Source: Candidatus Marinacidobacterales bacterium
Lineage (GTDB): Bacteria > Acidobacteriota > Vicinamibacteria > Marinacidobacterales > SMYC01
Assembly: GCA_965224085.1 (NCBI GenBank)
Contig: CBDCYI010000004.1
Span: forward strand, 1,024,001 to 1,088,000
DNA: 64,000 nt
Reading direction: 5' to 3'
Position 1 is the stretch's first letter, and every line of letters starts with the position of its first letter. Below are positions 61,645 to 64,000 of this stretch, piece after piece. The notes beneath the pieces were generated by a model that saw only the letters and a program-made list of their open reading frames with translations, searched no databases and was not told where the DNA came from. The translations under genes were made by a program, and so were the position numbers.

Positions 61645-63328
61645 GTTCCTGTCCAGAAACACCATAACTTGTGGTGTACGAGAGGCCTATCGAAGATGTG
61701 GGTATTATACGTTTTCAGTCGGCACCTCGTAGGCTCGGAAGCGAATGAAAATCTTGGACGAAACGAGAGGCGAATCGTCAGCAATCCATGGCTATAAACG
61801 CAGTAAGAGTAATCATTATTATCGTAATAGGTGCCTTGCCATTACCAACAGGTTGCAGGTGATGATGGAACTCCATACGTAGGATTTGAAAGAAGGCAAT
61901 GAGCGCCATGTGCATCGGTCGAGACCAAAGACTCGTTTCAAGAACGAAATGACGCCTTCGATTCCGCAGCGAAATCGCCGTAGGCGTTGATAGACCCAGG
62001 AACTCTTGACCATATCGGTCACCGCGAAGTGAGCCTTGGTAAAGGCAACATCTTCAACTCCCTTGCCTTTGATGGCTTCCAAGTTTGCCTTTGAAGAAAA
62101 CGCGCCATCGTAGGCAACCTGGCGCGGGGCCCGTTCGTAGAGTTCGACTTGACGGTCGATCATGGTTTCCGCGAGAGTTGAATCGGACGGATTCCCATCC
62201 AAGATCACGCAATCCAAAATCATCGAGGACGAGCCACCAGTCAAACACACCTTGTGACCGTAGAGAGTCTCGCGCCGGTCTTTGCGAATAATGTCGGTGT
62301 GTTCTTCGAAGATCGAAACGACCTTTTCCTCCGCAGGCACACGCTCTTCATCAATCACTCTACGCCGAGTTTGGTTGATGACTTTTTCGGTGAGGACGAG
62401 AAAGTGCTTAAAATCCGCGGCGATCTTCTCCGCACTCGCTCGCTTCACCGGCTCGGTCAAGCCGGACTCGTCCAACTGGTCTGCAACGCGTTGAGCGGAG
62501 CGATAGGTTTCTTCCGACACCTTCAGTAGATCTCGATAGACGCGACGCCTTTGTTCCTTATCCTTCGCGTTTAGAACTCCCAGTCGACGTCTCTTCGCTC
62601 GACGCGTTCGATTGCCGAAGACCACTACTGTACCCAGCAGTTCGCGAGTTCGGCACATGAGGCGAGTGAGAACTCGGACGCAGTCATAAAGAAGCTCGGA
62701 GTCCGTAGGAGAATGAATATTCGACTCCACTACCGTGCAGTCCACTCGTACTTTTCTTCCTTTTTCGATCGCGGTCTTCTCGGCAACACTCACCAACTCT
62801 CGGTTGATTTTCTCCAGCGTTTCGAACTTCACGGCTTTGATGTTTGCTGCTAGGGTCGACTTCGACGGGCTCGGCTCTATGATGCCGAGCTGGCAAAACG
62901 TCCGATAGCTTCGAGAGTCTGCCAAGTGAAACGCCAGCTCCCGATAGGTGAACTGATTCAGCTGCTTGACCAACAACGCCCGGAGAACCTGCTCCGCGCT
63001 CATTCCCCCACGACCAACATCGCTCCCTGCCGATGGGGTGACCGACCTCAGGTCTTGCAGTACCAGCTCATTCAGCTTAGGATGGGCATCGAGCAGCGAT
63101 GATATCGTTTCGAGCTCGCGTGCGTGCTCCAGCTCCAGCCAGGGCTCGCGAAGGCTTGGTTGTGGGTTGATCGTTTTTCGCATTTAGGGCTGGTCTCCTT
63201 TGGAGTTAAGTCGTTTAGAATCTGCGTTTTTGTCGACTCGATACTAAACGACACTCCCTCAGAAGGCTAGCCCTAAATTTGCGATTACCCCTTTTTTCTC
63301 AACCTCTTACACCTGTCAGGACGGGTAC
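61645..63328 (-). mobile_element. IS element B (ISNCY, ISDol1-like)
   Basis: Imperfect IRs GTTCCTGTCCAGAAA / TGTCAGGACGGGTAC, flanked by TAGCTA. Confidence 0.85.
61819..63183 (-). CDS. ISNCY-family DDE transposase, apparently intact
   Basis: RVDCTVVESNIHSPTDSELL, KVVSIFEEHTDII, YGHK, YDGAF, FRCGIEGVISFLKR. Confidence 0.92.
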   Translation of the reverse strand: MRKTINPQPSLREPWLELEHARELETISSLLDAHPKLNELVLQDLRSVTPSAGSDVGRGGMSAEQVLRALLVKQLNQFTYRELAFHLADSRSYRTFCQLGIIEPSPSKSTLAANIKAVKFETLEKINRELVSVAEKTAIEKGRKVRVDCTVVESNIHSPTDSELLYDCVRVLTRLMCRTRELLGTVVVFGNRTRRAKRRRLGVLNAKDKEQRRRVYRDLLKVSEETYRSAQRVADQLDESGLTEPVKRASAEKIAADFKHFLVLTEKVINQTRRRVIDEERVPAEEKVVSIFEEHTDIIRKDRRETLYGHKVCLTGGSSSMILDCVILDGNPSDSTLAETMIDRQVELYERAPRQVAYDGAFSSKANLEAIKGKGVEDVAFTKAHFAVTDMVKSSWVYQRLRRFRCGIEGVISFLKRVFGLDRCTWRSLPSFKSYVWSSIITCNLLVMARHLLR

Positions 63329-63331
63329 TAG

Positions 63332-63805
63332 CTAGTCGCCGCGGAGTGCTACCGTCAGGCTCAAACGTGAGGCGCGATGTGCCAGCACGTAAACCGCGGC
63401 GAGCGAGATCACCCTCAGCACCAGTGCGATCGAAGCGAAGGTGAGCGGGTCTCGAGCGCTGATGTCGTAGAGCTGATTCTGTAGCAGGCCGCTCAGGGCG
63501 ACGCCCACGACGAGCCCGAGAGCTAGCCCGACAGCGGTGAGAAGAGCACCTTCGAACAAGATCCCCCACCTCACGTGCCACGGTGTGGCGCCGAGGGCGA
63601 GGCGTATACCAAACTCTTGCACGCGCTGGCCAGCGCTGTAGGAGATGACGCCGTAGAGGCCAATCGCCGCGACCATGACGGCCACGACGGCGAAGATGCC
63701 GAGAAGCGTCAGGGCGAAATGCGTCGGCGCCATCACTGCCGTGAGATAGGCGCTCATCGCGCGCACGCCCTGGACCGGCTGCGCGCGATTGAGCTCGGCG
63801 ACTTC
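63332..63805 (-). pseudogene. ADOP permease C-terminal fragment
   Basis: GLYGVISYSAGQRVQEFGIRLALGA...DPLTF; its TAG stop lies in the IS target site. Confidence 0.75.
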
Positions 63806-63807
63806 CT

Positions 63808-63945
63808 TACGGAGCAGGACCCCATGGCCCTTTTGACCGACATTGCCGCCGCGGTTCATTCGGTGGACGAAGCACAGCCGCTCGACAACTTCCGCACGAT
63901 GGAGTCCGTCGTCGCGCGGGAGATCGGACCGTGGCGCTTCAATGC
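63808..63945 (+). repeat. Fragment of a close paralog of the 54264 ADOP gene
   Basis: GACCCCATGGCCCTTTTGACCGACATTGCCGCCGCGGTTCATTC is identical to ~56175-56218. Confidence 0.75.
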
Positions 63946-64000
63946 TGCTGAAAAGCTGCCGAGAGTACGGCGAGTTCGCCCCGCGCTTGCGCGAAGTCGG

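Noticed and set aside
61242-61645. Long C-terminal extension of transposase A (575-aa ORF)
   Set aside because: Explained by one extra C; the region encodes the DUF6788-like protein in another frame
1-64000. tRNA, rRNA, selC or selAB genes
   Set aside because: None recognised by eye; the Sec machinery would have to lie outside this window

Overview
GC-rich bacterial DNA, probably Acidobacteriota (inferred from the ADOP permeases, a PadR remnant and many WRGP-type beta-propeller genes). The window holds the tail of an MSMEG_0568/0567-type radical SAM cluster and a trifunctional chorismate mutase/prephenate dehydratase/DAHP synthase gene under a Phe-rich leader peptide. It also holds two selenoprotein genes that the ORF track splits, each with an in-frame TGA at a redox Cys position and a SECIS-like hairpin. 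One of these, a DUF3179-like protein, sits inside a ~16.5 kb locus with a TonB receptor, a TAXI-TRAP transporter, six beta-propellers and an Fe-ADH. Further along are a DUF2520-panB-panC-coaX operon with an RBS-occluding hairpin, a Gfo-GMC-VOC operon, phoD, ADOP permeases, a decayed IS481-like element and two ISNCY-like elements stacked at one TAGCTA site. Many 1-nt frameshifts in homopolymers and many abrupt mid-gene junctions suggest consensus errors and/or chimeric assembly, so gene neighbourhoods across junctions are uncertain. All family calls come from motif recognition by eye; no searches were run.
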